From assembly GCF_001194135.2 (NCBI RefSeq), contig NC_068983.1:87484952-87548951 (forward strand): 64,000 bases of DNA. The letters are read 5' to 3'. The DNA is from Octopus bimaculoides. Lineage: Eukaryota. Below are positions 14,055 to 27,600 of the stretch, piece by piece. The notes below the pieces were generated by a model that saw only the letters and a list, made by a program, of their open reading frames with translations, was not told the origin of the DNA and searched no databases. Both the position numbers and the translations under genes were made by a program. Each line of letters opens with the position of its first letter. Positions within the stretch are counted from its first letter, which is position 1.

Positions 14055-14149
14055 TTGTTAAAAAGTTGCAGTATTGTTGCATTTTTTCCCATGATCTTAA
14101 TCAAGTTATTCCAGCTGTCAGGATTTAAATTTGGTAAATTGTAGGTTTC
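14055..14149 (-). CDS. SMPD1: SMPD1 coding exon 12 (ETYNLPNLNPDSWNNLIKIM...LFN)
   Basis: tttcag acceptor, GTAAGC donor; 95 nt, phase 0/2. Confidence 0.92.
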
Positions 14150-14299
14150 CTGAAACACATTACAATATTACAATATGTTGATGGTGGTGTTGACAATATA
14201 TTATAAATTGGGTACCTTAAATAATCAAAACTAAGAATATAAAAAGGAAGGAACAAGGAAATGAACAACTAAAAAAATAAAGATAATGTCCAGTTATTC

Positions 14300-14640
14300 A
14301 TTTCATGAAGGCATATGGTTCAGTGGTTAGAAGGTTGGGCTCATAATCATGGGGTAGTGAGTTTGATTCCTGGACTGGGCTGTGTATTATGTTCTTGAGC
14401 AATACACTTTATTCCATGTTGCTCCAGTTCACTCAGCTGTGAAATGAGTTGTGACATCACCAGTGCCAAGCTGTATCGACCTTTGCCTTTCTCTTAGATA
14501 ATATCGGTGACATGGAGAGGGGAGGCTGGTATGCATGGATGACTGCTGGTCTTCTATAAACAACCTTGCCTGGGCTTGTGCTTTGGAGGGTAACTTTCTA
14601 GGTGCGAACCTATGGTCATTCATGACCGACGGGGGTCTTT
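14300..14640 (+). mobile_element. tRNA-derived SINE, another family
   Basis: Head TGGTTCAGTGGTTAG...GTTTGATTCC, then TGTTCTTGAGCAATACACTTT; related copy at about 11930-12200. Confidence 0.7.
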
Positions 14641-15256
14641 ATTATTCATTTCATATCCACTTTGTCAAGGTGGTTACAGCATTACTTAATTAGGGCCACA
14701 ATATGAATATTTAGGCCAACTGGAGAACATAAATTCAACATTGCAAATCAATGAAACATTCATCACACACTGTTTTTACAGCTATATAGTAGTTAGCTGT
14801 AGCTACCCACAACATCCATTAGCAATCATGAGTTTAACCAATGATATAAAAGCATCTTCGCTTTGAATACAAATGATTAAGCCATTGAGTGGTAAAATGA
14901 TACCTTACTAACTTAGGCTATTTGTGATTCTTTAAACTTTATTATCCATTTAGAAAATGATAATGTCAATAACATTGTGTATCAGACAATATATTTAACA
15001 TAAAGATGCTTTACACCAGGTGTTTTCAACTACTATTACCATGATACACGTATTTCCATGTACAGACTACAAATGTTTGGGGCCAAGTTGGAAAATGCCA
15101 GGATATTTAGAAAACTGGTTTTAATGCACCACACTGGTGCATGTGCATTCTTTTGTAGTAAGTTGTAATATGTGTGTGCATCTGTATTTTAACAATTTCA
15201 ATATTCTTATTTTTTATGTATATACTAAACCTGTCAAAATTTTCTAACACTTTTAA

Positions 15257-15462
15257 CCCTTTAGCATTTTAATTAATATTCTACGCATTTTATGTTCAAA
15301 TTAGCAATATCCAGCCTCTTACACCTACCCTACAATGTCATTCTAAAAATAGACAATTACATCACTGAAATCTCAAAGCAATGAGATAATGCATGATTAA
15401 TTCAAAACAATATGAATAAAAAAAGTATTACATTTGACAGAGCCAATCTGAATGTTAAAGGG
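15257..15462. mobile_element. piggyBac-type MITE
   Basis: TTAA TSDs (15253-15256, 15463-15466); TIR CCCTTTAGCATT / AATGTTAAAGGG. Confidence 0.85.
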
Positions 15463-15707
15463 TTAATGCATTGGATTGTAAAAAGTTGAAGATCAGTTTT
15501 AGACCAACACCAAAGTATGCAATCCTTAAAATTAGAAAGGGGATAAACTAGGTTTTTTTTCTTCATTTTTTAGAAACATGCTACTTGTAGGCAAATGAAA
15601 ATGGTTTACAATAATATGCTCATGTAAATTCCAGATAGCTCACAAAGAAAACTTTGACAAACTTCATAAAACCTGACAATCTTTAAAAATCTCTCATGAT
15701 CACCACA

Positions 15708-15862
15708 CAGGGGTGGACTGAGCTGTTGGTCAATTGGGCACTGCCCGAGGGCCTGGAACACTGAGGCGCCCTCACTCTACATTTTAACTCTACTAAATCA
15801 ATGCTAAGGGGCCTGGTAAACAGTTATGCCTGAGGGCCCTTGATACTCTCAGTCCTCCCCTG
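15708..15862. mobile_element. hAT-like MITE
   Basis: TIR CAGGGGTGGACTGAG / CTCAGTCCTCCCCTG (14/15); TSD not preserved. Confidence 0.6.
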
Positions 15863-16124
15863 TAACTCACATAACTCACCAAGCTAACAAGACAGCTGTT
15901 ACATGGGGTATCAACCTTAAATTGCATCTTACCGTCTTAAATAATGAGAGGATTATACATCAGATAATATAGTCCTTGACAACACAACAATGTCATGGTG
16001 ACATTGCTGTCCACTTAAGGTTCTAATTTTACAATTATACTTTAACAAATGTAAATATAGTCATTAATACACACATTTCATACTGCTCACTGGTTGTCAG
16101 ATTTGAACTGACAAATATATATAC

Positions 16125-16161
<37 letters not shown>

Positions 16162-16533
16162 NNNNNNNNNNNNNNNNNTATATATAAAAATAAGCAACAC
16201 GGATTTCAAAGGTGATTGCAGTACGCACGTTTCATGCTACGTGCGTACTGCAATCACCTTTGAAATCCGTGTTGCTTATTTTTTGATTTTGATCACCTAT
16301 CCTTTTGGGATACGATATTTGGGTGCCTACGCATAAGTACCATATTCAACCTTGAATCTATATATATATATATATATATATATAGATATATAAACAAGAC
16401 ATGAAGGCAAACAATTAGCTGCTACACCTTGATGCAACTTTCAATAAGTATAAAAGTAGAAAAAAATTAAACCTCCTTTTAACTGAATTCTGATTATAAT
16501 TCTATTTGAGTGTATTATAATAAATTCACTTAC

Positions 16534-16623
16534 TTTGGCACTATATTCTTTCTGCCATACAGGGTTGTCGTTAATGTTTGCTGCAGTTAAGTTAAGTAAG
16601 TAATTCTGATGGTTCAGTACAGC
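16534..16623 (-). CDS. SMPD1: SMPD1 coding exon 11 (AVLNHQNYLLNLTAAN...PVWQKEYSAK)
   Basis: tttcag acceptor, GTAAGT donor; 90 nt, phase 0/0. Confidence 0.93.
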
Positions 16624-17973
16624 CTGAAAGATGCATGAAATAAAATGTTAATACTGACATCATCACCATCACCACCACCATCATCATCATCGTCATCACC
16701 ACTCAATGTCTGTTTTCCATGTGGGCACAAGTAGGACAGTTTGACAGGATTTGGCAAGTTACTGTGCCAAGTTTCAATGTCTGCATTTGGCATGGTTTCT
16801 ATGGCTAGATACTCTTCCTAATGCCAACCACTTTACTGTGTATATTGGGTGTTTTTATGTGGTACTGGCACCAGTGAGATCACTGTATAACTCACAAGAC
16901 AAGACACCTCTACTAAGTGGGGAGTAGTATTGAGGGATGTGGTTCTGTGCCAGGTGATGAGAGGTTTAAAGTATGACAGAGAGACAGAAACAGGTGTCTT
17001 GTGCAGGGGAGATGCATGGCTACTCCAACTTGAGAAGGAAAAGGATAGGAGTGAAAATGCGTCACGGCATATCCTCAAATTACAGGAAGGTGAATAGAAG
17101 TGATACGGTAAATAGGTAAGTAGTTTGTGAGTGTGGAAGGATGATAGAAGGAATGAAATATAGAAGAAAATGCAATGATTGATGAATGCCGGTGGAGGTG
17201 TGAATATGAGTTGCAGCTGAGGAAGTAGGTGAGGGTCAGGGAAGTAATAGGAGGCAGCAAAAATGATGTATTTGAAAGAGATGCACAGTGCTATGGATGA
17301 AGTTAGAGGTACATAAGAGTGGAAATAGTGGGAGATGAAGAGAGGTAATGGTGGAGAGAGCTGTCATTGACAAAATGAAAGTGTACAGGTAAAAGGAGTG
17401 TTCAGTGGAAAATGAGGTGGTTAGGGAAGATACAGAGAATGCATGAGATGAAGGAAGAGACTGCAGGGAGGGTGAGAGGTAGAGGGATGAAACATGCAGT
17501 TCAGCTCTCGCAATTACAACAGCTGAGTGAACAGCATCCCAGTCAGAAGAGTGCAGGGTGGGTTTTAGGAAGATAAGTTGTAGGGTGGGGGTAGATTTGT
17601 TGGAGACAGATTGGGTGCAGCATAGACATAAGTGATATGTTTTTAGGGCTTCGCTTTTGCTTAGATAGACAAATCCTTTTCAGTGCAGTAAATCACCAAT
17701 CAGCTCATCCCATCATCTCCAGTAGACACACAATAGCTATCCCCACTATCATTATCATCACTATTTAAAACCAAAGCTGTTATCAACCAATCATTTTCAT
17801 CATTTGATTATTCTACACTCACATCCAAGTTGCCCACACCATTTCTACCAATTCCAGCAACAAAATGAATTTAGTTCTTTAGTTAAGACTATTATCATTC
17901 TGGCCACAGTCACAAAAAGATGCTTCAAAAGTATTTAATACAATAAATACTAAAATTCCTCATAAATATAAAA

Positions 17974-18271
17974 CAGAGGTTCCCAACCTAGGATCAGCTG
18001 TTCCAAGAAGTGTGTGTATGAGGTGGTGGTAGTGGTAGTGTGTGTGTGTGGTGGGGCAAATAGGTGGTACTATGGATCTGTGAGCAGTTTCCAAATATTT
18101 CAAAGGCTGCAGTTACAAATATCTTTCAACTGAGAGATAAAGTGGGAGAATTAGTTTGCTATCAATAGAAAGGCTAATTGAGTAGATAAACCTTTCAGGA
18201 GTCTGGGGATGTGTGAGAAATTTACTTAATTAAAAAGTGGTTGTCGATAATGAAAAGGTTGAGAATCACTG
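17974..18271. mobile_element. hAT/Buster-type MITE
   Basis: TIR CAGAGGTTCCCAACCT / AGGTTGAGAATCACTG; 8-bp flanks ATATAAAA / AAATAAGA with central TA. Confidence 0.65.
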
Positions 18272-18451
18272 AAATAAGAATAACCTAAAGAGAACTAAAA
18301 TATCCCTATTTATTAATTCATCAACACAGTTATTTCTAATTAGCTTCCTGCATTAAATGTATTAACACTAACTTTTGTTTTTTGTGAAAAGCATCTCTAA
18401 ATTCATTCTCCAAAGAACTCTTATTTTCTATACCTTCATTGGTATATTTAC

Positions 18452-18710
18452 TTCATCATCATCATCATTTAACGTCCGCTTTCCATGCTAGCATGGGCTG
18501 GACGATTTGACTGAGGACTGACGAACCAGATGGCTACACCAGACTCCAATCTGATCTGGCAGAGTTTCTACAGCTGGATGCCCTTCCTAATGCCAACCAC
18601 TCCGAGAATGTAGTGGGTGCTTTTTACGTGCCACCGGCATGAGGGCCAGTCTGGTGGTACTGGCAACGGCCACGCTCAAATGGTGTTTTTTTATGTGCAC
18701 CTGCACAACA
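18452..18710 (-). mobile_element. RTE 3'-tail copy (truncated LINE or tail-sharing SINE)
   Basis: Reverse complement of 3600-3855 with (CAT)n start; one of more than ten such copies in the window. Confidence 0.85.
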
Positions 18711-19575
18711 CTTTTGCAGCAAACACAACAAAGTCACTAATAAAGACAAGTCATTGATTGGTATTGTTTATTTTTCACTGCATAATCAATATTATTTAGA
18801 TAGGTTATAAATAATTATTTCTAATTTAGGAACAAGGCTAGCAATTTTGAGGGGAGAGGCTTGAGTGATACCATCTGAGTACTTCACTTGTACTTTATTT
18901 TACCAACCCTGGAAAGATGAGAGGCAAAGTTGACATAAGCAGGATTTGAACTCAGAACATAAAGAGCCAGAGTATATTTTTTTTTCCCAACATATTAAAA
19001 ATTCTGCCAGCTCACCACCCTTATATTGGTAATAATATAAATAGCACATAATGTTAATTCACTTATTTATGAACTAATGATTCATATATATACCAGAACC
19101 AAACACTAGTCTTCTGAATTAGCTAACTCCATTAGCAACACAGTAATTAAAGTGATAGAAAGGAAAAAAATTTACTCTTTACAGAAAATAGACAAACTTG
19201 AAATTTTCTTCTCACTTTCCATTTTTTGAAATAATAACTGATAAAAACATAACTTTGTACAAATCCAGAACCAGCAGATTAACATCCAGGATAAATGCCC
19301 CAGTTAGAGAAGCTTTGCTCTATATAGTTACTTGACTATCTAGTAATAGCAACCAAATTTCCCTCAAACCACAGCCAACTCCCTGTAAATGATTATGTCT
19401 AGAATATCTTTGATCTTTTGTCTGCTAGATTAGTACACATCATCATCATCATCATCATTTAACTTCCATTTTTCCATACTTGCATGGATCAAACACAGTT
19501 CATTTGAATTAAAGATGTAAACATTAACTTAACAAAATCAAGTAAACCAATTTAAAAACTCTCCTTAAAACTTAC

Positions 19576-19777
19576 CCAAGAGCTTGTTGGATATGGACCG
19601 TCAATATCATAAATACGATAACTTGGATTGACAGCTTTGTTGAGAATGTAAGGTGTAATGCTACCAGCTATGTAGGCAATACTGACTGGACGTTTCATAT
19701 CACTCACATCATAAAACATTTCAAAGCTATCCATGTGAGTGTGTCCAAAAAACTGTGCTGCTACTGTACTTTCATAT
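19576..19777 (-). CDS. SMPD1: SMPD1 coding exon 10 (YESTVAAQFFGHTHMDSF...NPSYRIYDIDG...SSW)
   Basis: GHTH motif; cctcag acceptor, GTAAGT donor; 202 nt, phase 2/0. Confidence 0.96.
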
Positions 19778-20725
19778 CTGAGGAAAATAAATTGAGTAGT
19801 GAAATTGTTAGCATATTAAATATATACATTGTGAAAGTTAAAGTGGTATGTATATATATATGACATTATAAGCATCAATTTGAGGCAGTGGACATAATTT
19901 TTTATCTTTCTTTTTTAAGCCTCAAATAAAATCATAACAGTTTCTTCTATCAATGTTGCATTGTAATTTATTCTTCTTCAGTTTTTCTGTTATTTCTCTC
20001 TTCTCTTCTTGGACTTGCACTTTCCTCTTTTTCAGTTTCTCACTTTTCCTCCCCACCCACTTCTGTTTATATGCTTTACTCTCTGACACATATACTTACC
20101 TTTATCACATTCCTCTTGTTCCTCTATGTACCTCACTAATTTTTTTCTCTTACAGAATAGAAGAACATTTTTTTTTACTAGAGTTGTATTCTAATTATTC
20201 TTTTTATTCTCCTCTAACTTCTCGTCTCCTACAACTTCCACCTTCTTTCCCTCATTCTCTTGTTCACGCCATCCTTACATGCAACAGCATCTCACACTTA
20301 TACCCTTGCACAGACTTCTATTACACCCTCCATATTCCTCTTGCCTTCTCTTTTACATCACACTTGTATCTGCTCCCACTTCTTTAATTCCATGTTTTCC
20401 ATACATGCACACACACACACACAATACAGTTATGTACAAACACCAAGGTTTCACACCCCCACTAACTCATACCACTACACTTCTGCACTTACACTCCTCT
20501 ATACACATACTGCAAAAAGCTACACACATCCTTATATCCATCTTAAAATGTGGATATACAATCACACAGACACTGTCACCCATCCTCCCTTCCTAATTTG
20601 ACCCATAAAACTGCATTTCCACCTGGCTCCTAATCCCTCACCTGTTTATTTTCTTACCTTTCTTCTCAACCACTTTTCCCACCATACTTTTCTTCTGATG
20701 AAGGATATTTCCTTCCCTTCTTTAG

Positions 20726-23006
20726 TCCCTTACCGGCAAAGACGAGTTAACTTGTCTTCACCCAATTTGTCTTTTTCCGAGTGCGACGAGTAAACTTGTC
20801 CAAAACATATAATTTCAAAACCAGCCACAGACGAGTTTATACATCAATTCTCAGTTTTTATGTGTGTGTGTGTGTGTGTGTGTGTGTTTGATTTTTGTTT
20901 TTTTTTTACAAATTATGCCCAGATGTTGAGCTCAGAAGATGACAATGAGTATGAACCTTCTATTAGATACTTGGGTACATGAAATGAGAGTGCAAGCTCA
21001 TCTGATAATGGCTATTCTCTCTCAAGTGAGGAGGAGGAAAAAGATGAACGAATTTGGTGCCGACATGTGGTGTCGGAAGAATGCATGCTTCCTCCACCAC
21101 TACGCTTCCCATTCACGGGAAATCCTGGAATACCAATTGATCAAGACACAACTGATATGATTCCTTTGGATTTTTTTAGTCTTTGTGACAACAGAATTAT
21201 TGATTGAGTTGTGGATGAAACTAATCACTTTGCTGAACTGGAAAAAGAGATTGTATGTGGTGTGCTGTAACAATGACAGAAATTTGTGTGTTTTTCGCCT
21301 TGGAAATACTTGGGGGTATTGTGAAAATGCCTGATCAAGAAATGAACTGGTCAAAAGATGAACTACTTGAAAGATCAATTTTTCAGAAGCTGATCAGTTT
21401 GAAACACCATAATAAGATAAAACAGTGTCTTCATTTTGTGAATAATGAAACTTTTGATGCAAAAACACATCCCAACCCAAAATAGTATAAAGTTTATGAT
21501 GTGTTTATGATGTTTAGTTAGAACTTTATGAAGTGTTATACCCCTAACCAAGATTTATCTATAGATGAAAGCCTTATACTGTTCAAAGGAAGGTTAGGAT
21601 GGGTTCAGTATATACCTCTAAAAAGGATGAGGTTTGGAGTGAAGTATCTTTTTTTTGTGAAGCAAAGACTGGATATATGTACAGAGTAATCATTTATGTT
21701 GGCAAAGGAACACAGTTTGATTCAGAATATAGTGAATATCCTGTGAATTCTCATGTTGTGTTGTCTCTGATGAAGTCTTTACTTGGTAGAGGTTATTGCG
21801 TTACTGTGGATAACTTTTACACTAGTCTGCAATGAGCTGATACTCTGGTTAGTCACAACACCAATATTTATAGAATTCTGTTTGAATAGAAAGAAAGTGC
21901 CTGAAGAGCTGAAAAGGGCAAAACTGAAAGAAAGGGGAAGTTGCAGCATTTCAGAGAGGTAAGGTAATGACTCTTCATTGGAAGGACAAAGACGTTGCAA
22001 TGCTTTCAACCATTCACAACCCCTCTATGAGGGAAGTTGAGACAAGATAAGGGCCTGCGAAGAAATCAACAGTTGTATATGATTACAATTTTACAATGGG
22101 TGGAGTTGACAAGGTGGCCCAACAACTAGTAGATTATCCCATCACACAAATGGGGAAAGAAATATTACAAGAAAGTCTTCTTCCAGTTGATGGATCTTAT
22201 GGTATGGAATTCTAACATATTGTACAATGTAGCAGTCACTGAGGCAGGAAAAAAAACCCTCACACACCTGAAATTTCATATGTAGATTATACGAGATATC
22301 ATTGTGAAATACGGGGCAGATTTACAATCTACTGAAGTAGTAAAGAGACTTTCGACTTCACCAGAATGTTCATATTTTATACCAGGGCATTTTCCAATGG
22401 AAGTTCTAGCAACAGAAAAGAAGACAAATCCAACAAGAAAATGTGCCACGTGTTGTCTGAAATGTGACCATAGAGGGAAACCAGTCAGGAAGGAGTCATG
22501 ATGTATGTGTAAACTCTGTAATGTACCTTTATGTGTAGTACCATGCTTTGCAAAATACCATACCAAATAATCCTTCATAAAATGCCAGAGAAAGTAAGAT
22601 GTATGGGAAGATGAGGTAAATTAAAAGATAAAATAAGTACAGTATTTTATTTACACTTACTTTTGGTTATGAAAATTGAAGAAAAAAATAAATGTATAAA
22701 AAAAGATTTTTGAGAAGACATGCTAAAAGAATGAGTAAAATAAATGTGTAATTCCCCATTCCTTTGATAAAAGTTGGAAAAAAAGCAATAAATAAAAAAA
22801 AATATTTAAAAAATATGAGAAGATGAGTTATCTTATTTTTACTGAAAATGGTATCTTCAAAGTAAAATTTCAAGTAAAATATTGGAAATAGATTAAAAAC
22901 TGAAGTTATTTCCATAATCAGCATTAAAAATACTATTAAAAAAAGCAATAAAAAAATTCATCTGAAAATGAAACATTTTCTCTAAAAAAAGTTGCTGGTG
23001 AATGGA
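20726..23006 (+). mobile_element. Decayed piggyBac (PGBD4-like) DNA transposon, intron between coding exons 9 and 10
   Basis: Peptides SIDESLILFKGRL, RFGVKY..CEAKTGY, VDNFYTS, YNFTMGGVD and a C-terminal Cys-rich domain (CATC...CKLCNVPLC..PCF..YH); degenerate TIRs TCCCTTACCGGCAA / TTGCTGGTGAATGGA with TTAA-like flanks. Confidence 0.88.
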
Positions 23007-23106
23007 TTTAGAGTGTTAAATTGATTAAAAATTTGTAAAAACCTGTCCCACCTGTGCTGTCTTTTTTTTTGTGTTTCTTCACTACATTTATAAAATATCT
23101 TTTATC

Positions 23107-23535
23107 TTTTACTTGTTTCAGTCATTTGACTGTAGCCATGCTAGGGCACCACCTTGAAGGGTTTTAGTCGAATAAATTGACCCTAGGGATTACTATTTTT
23201 TGAAGCCTGATACTTATTCTATTGGTCTCTTTTGCCAAACTGCTAAGCTACAGGGCCATAAACACACCACCACCAGTTGTGTCAAGTGGCGGTGGAAGAC
23301 AAACACAAACACAGAGACACACACATAGGTATATACATAAATATATACATACACACACAAATATATATATATATGACAAACTTCTTTCAGTTTTCGTCTA
23401 CCAAATCTACTCGCAAGGCCTTGGTTGGCCCAAGGCTATAGTAGAAGACACTTGCTCAAAGTACCATGCAGTGAGATTGAACCCTGAACCTTGTGGTTGA
23501 GAAGCAAGCTTCTTACAACACAGCTACACCTGTGC
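23107..23535 (-). mobile_element. tRNA-derived SINE (same family)
   Basis: Reverse complement of the 56635 copy. Confidence 0.85.
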
Positions 23536-23536
23536 C

Positions 23537-23576
<40 letters not shown>

Positions 23577-23586
23577 NNNNNNNNNN

Positions 23587-23620
<34 letters not shown>

Positions 23621-24166
23621 GAGGTTTCATTCAGTTTTCTACCAGCAAATTTATTCTGAAGGCTTTGGTCAGGCTGAGGCTACATAAGAAGACACTTGCG
23701 CAGGACTGAATCTGAAACCATGTAGTTGGGAAGCTAGCTTCTTAACCATACAAGCATGATTGCAAGTATGTACATTATATAAATATAAATATACAAACAC
23801 ACATGCACAAACACATATATATGTATATAAACCCACACAAATGCACACAAAAGTGACAGGTTTCTATAGTTTTATATACAGAATTACACAAAGATAAAGG
23901 AATTTCAAATAGAACATATTTCAGTTGAGTGAAGAGTTAGTGTAATGAGTCTAAGTTACAGCTTAGTATCACATGACATTAAGCACACACACACACACAC
24001 ACACAATGTTGGAGACATTGGAAAGTAAAAAGTTGGTGTGTTGCTGTATTTTATTTTGTATTATCCCTGTAATTATGTTTAAGTTGTTGGCATTTAAATT
24101 TGGTAATGTCTAGAAGAAACAATAACTGTTAGCATTTATTTAATCAAAATATAAGTGTAGTGTTAC

Positions 24167-24249
24167 CTGGATATAATTTTGTAATAGTTGTTACTCCAAG
24201 CCTTCAAACAATCATTGCATCCTGGAGGTATATGGCCAATTATATGAAC
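24167..24249 (-). CDS. SMPD1: SMPD1 coding exon 9 (VHIIGHIPPGCNDCLKAWSNNYYKIIS)
   Basis: GHIPP motif; ttatag acceptor, GTAACA donor; 83 nt, phase 0/2. Confidence 0.95.
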
Positions 24250-24676
24250 CTATAAACAGAAGAATGGTAGTACAAATGAAGTTGTTTTAAGTGGGCATAT
24301 CATCATCATCAGCAACAACAACACTTAATGTCTATTTTCCATGCTGGCATGGGTTGGGCAGCTTGACAGGAACTGAAAAGGCCAGAGGCTGCACTAGGTT
24401 CCATAGTCTGTTTTGGCTTGGTTTGTGTGGCTGGATGTCCTTCCTAACACCAACCACTTTACAGAGTGTACTGAGTACTTTTTATGCAGCACAATCACCA
24501 GTGCTTTTTATGTGATACCAGCACACACACTAATGCTTTTTACATGGCACCTTGGTTTTAGAATGTCAATTCTGTTGTGGTGGGCGGGCCTTCAAGAGTA
24601 CAGGAATGCACCACATACCTCAATCATCTTGAAATGAAGAAATTAAACAAAGAGGTAAATAAGAGATTTTACTTAC

Positions 24677-24764
24677 TTTTTCCTTTTTATCTTCAGCTTT
24701 TTGAAGGACATTAATGAGCCATGATAGTTCATTGTTTGGGTCAGTCATATTAATCAGGAGCCAC
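24677..24764 (-). CDS. SMPD1: SMPD1 coding exon 8 (WLLINMTDPNNELSWLINVLQKAEDKKEK)
   Basis: tgttag acceptor, GTAAGT donor; 88 nt, phase 2/0. Confidence 0.94.
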
Positions 24765-25117
24765 CTAACAACAAAAAATGTATTTCAGTTCAAATTTGAA
24801 CACTAAATATATCACAACAATAAGTCTTTCTATTATAGGAACAAGGCCTGAAATTTTGTAGGATGAAATTAGTTGATTGCATTGACCCTAGTGCTCAACT
24901 GGTACTTATTTAATCAACCATGACAGGCAAAGCCAACCTTGGTGGAATCTGAACTCAGAGTGTAAACATGAAATGCCACTAAGCATCTTGTCTACCATGC
25001 ACTCCCAACAACAAAAAGAACACACAATGCTGCACACACCCCAGCAACATGGGGATGTAGCAGGTGCAGTAGAAACTTGCTTGAAACTACCAAATGTTGA
25101 ACAACAACAACAACAAC

Positions 25118-25150
<33 letters not shown>

Positions 25151-25482
25151 TCACCACCACAATCATCATCATTTCATTTAGCTTTCCATTTCAAGGAAAT
25201 TTACAAGCTTCCAGATATAAATTCTGATGTTATCTTTCCTAACATAATGTCAAAAAGATAGGCTGTTAATGGTACAGCATAGATTCTATAAATAACAGAT
25301 GACTTCTTCATTAAATCATCATGCAAGCTAAATTTTAATGAGAGGTGTTTAAAAAAACATATTTTTAAATCACTGAATCATTGAAAAGTATTGAATTAGT
25401 TTTATTTATTAAACTTGCTAATTAAAATTTTCAGTTTCATGTAATTTTATTTGTCAATTTTAAACAGTTAAATAGAAGTTAC

Positions 25483-25563
25483 CAATTTAGATTGTTGCAG
25501 TAATTGGTATTAAGAGAAACAATTCTAAATCCGGGATATGGAGAAACTGTGTAGAAAGCACCA
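25483..25563 (-). CDS. SMPD1: SMPD1 coding exon 7 (GAFYTVSPYPGFRIVSLNTNYCNNLN)
   Basis: tttcag acceptor, GTAACT donor; 81 nt, phase 2/2. Confidence 0.94.
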
Positions 25564-26639
25564 CTGAAATAGAAAATAAAAATAAAATAAATATTAAAAA
25601 GATAGTGCAAAGTTTTGTGTTTACATTTATTTAAAGTGTAAATCTTTTATCTGTTTCAGTCTTTAGACTATGGCCATGCTGGGTCATTGCCTTGAAAAAC
25701 TTTTAGTCAAATGAAATGACCCCCAATACTCTTTTTTCCCCTTAATTTGTAAGCCCGGTACTTATTCTATTGGTCTCTTTTTGCTGAACTGCTAAGTTTC
25801 AGGGACATAAACAAACCATCACCAGTTGTCAAGTGGTGGTGCAGGAACAAACACACACACACACACACATATACATGATGAATTTCTTACAGTTTCTGTC
25901 TGCCAAATCCACTTACAAGGCTTTGATTGGCCTGAGGTTATAGCAGAAGATGCTTGCCCAAGGTGTCACCTAGTGGGACTGAACCTGGAACCACATGGTT
26001 AGGATGCAAGCTTCTTACCACACAGTCACTTTTTTGTTTCATTTATCTACATTTCAAATTTTAAAAAAAAGCATTCTTAAATTTTCTGTTTAAAAAAAAA
26101 AAAATTCTGGCTCTCTAATTTTCAAATAGATCTCATTTGGGAATTTATTTCAGTTTTTTTTTTGTTTTTAATGGAAGTGCAATAATTGTGATGATGTGCA
26201 ATATGATTAACCATAGAATTATTCAATATACTCTGCCACAGATTTGTTGGTTTGGAAATTGGAGCTGCTTCTATTGCACAAGTTAGTCACCAACATTGTT
26301 GCTTGGCCCCACACAGCCCCTAATCATCCTTTTACAGTCATAACTTTTGCATCTTATTTTTTTTTTCCAGCAGTGGACAACAATAAGCTAATTCTCTTTT
26401 CTTTCTCTTCTTTAAACAGTAAGGTGTTATTCATGAGAAATTGTGCTGCTATTTCTATCAGATCAAATGTGCACATGAAGGATTCTTTGTGCCTTGAAAG
26501 GACATCTAAAAGGAAAAGTACATGCTTAAATTATGACAAAGCCATTTTACCTCCTGAAGCAATGGTCAGCCTTGTGGCTCTCTTGAGCATCCTTTTGATT
26601 GTCTTATCACCACCACTCTTCTTCTCAAAGCATCTTAAC

Positions 26640-26990
26640 ATTTTTTCCTCCATCATCTGTAACCATGTCTTACTTAGTTTTCCTTTTTATCTACTTCCTT
26701 TCACATACACTTCCATCACTCCACTCACCCAGTCACTTTCATCCTTCCTCAGCACATGACCCAACCAGCTCATGCCATTTTTCTTCACATCTGTCACTGG
26801 TTCTATTCCCATCGTCTTCCACAATTAATTGTTTGTCATTTTTTCTCTCAGAGTTACTCCAATCATCCACAGAACAATTCCCATTCTCATTCCTTCCAAA
26901 CTTTTCTGCTGCTCTGCATTCATTACTTATGTTTTGTTCCAAAAGATCATTTATTTATTTTTTATTTTTGATGCTTTTGTGGATTCCCAT
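26640..26990 (-). mobile_element. Decayed RTE-like LINE C-terminal fragment
   Basis: Minus-strand frames give WMIGVTLREK...WLGHVLRKDESDW...KTW, typical of the RTE post-RT region. Confidence 0.55.
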
Positions 26991-27600
26991 GACTCTCTGT
27001 TGCCATCCAATTCCATTATCATGATTTTTAATTGGGAGCTTGAATCATAGTGAATCTTTGATTAACTGGTTACACAACCATGGATGCCACCCCTATGGAT
27101 ATGCTGCAGATCTTCAAAGATTCCTCCACTCAGCATCAATGTAAGAAGCACCATTGGCTCAGTTGAGCTCTTCCTTTACCTCTTTACAATCCATCATGCT
27201 GCAGTCCCATGACTTCACTGTATCCCTGGCAGGGTGGCTGAACAGGTGATATGCTTTGCCAAGGGCAGCCCGTAACTACGCAGGGTATGATTGTCACTCA
27301 GTAAGGTACTTTCAAAATACCCGCATGCCCATAAATCATAACACATCTCATACATGCAACATACACCTTTCCCTTCAGTTTCAGTGACATTTCTCTCCTG
27401 AATTCTTATGCAGCTATCCAAAACTATATATACTTCTGCATGAGTACTGCGAAATGGCAGTAAGTTGCTGACATCCCCAAATTCGTGTTATTGGTTCAAC
27501 TTGATGAGTAATATTTTTATTATATCTTTTTGCACCAGAGAGTTTTAAATATTCAATAGATTGAATGAGGATAGGCCTTGCCAGTGGAGCTTGTCTATAA

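Noticed and set aside
17075-17700. Possible Penelope GIY-YIG remnants (also about 6860-7110)
   Set aside because: Purine/pyrimidine-skewed repeat with no recoverable diagnostic motif
20695-20720. CTGATGA-AGG..CCT partial hammerhead at the piggyBac junction
   Set aside because: No GAAA or stem III on either side of the piggyBac insertion
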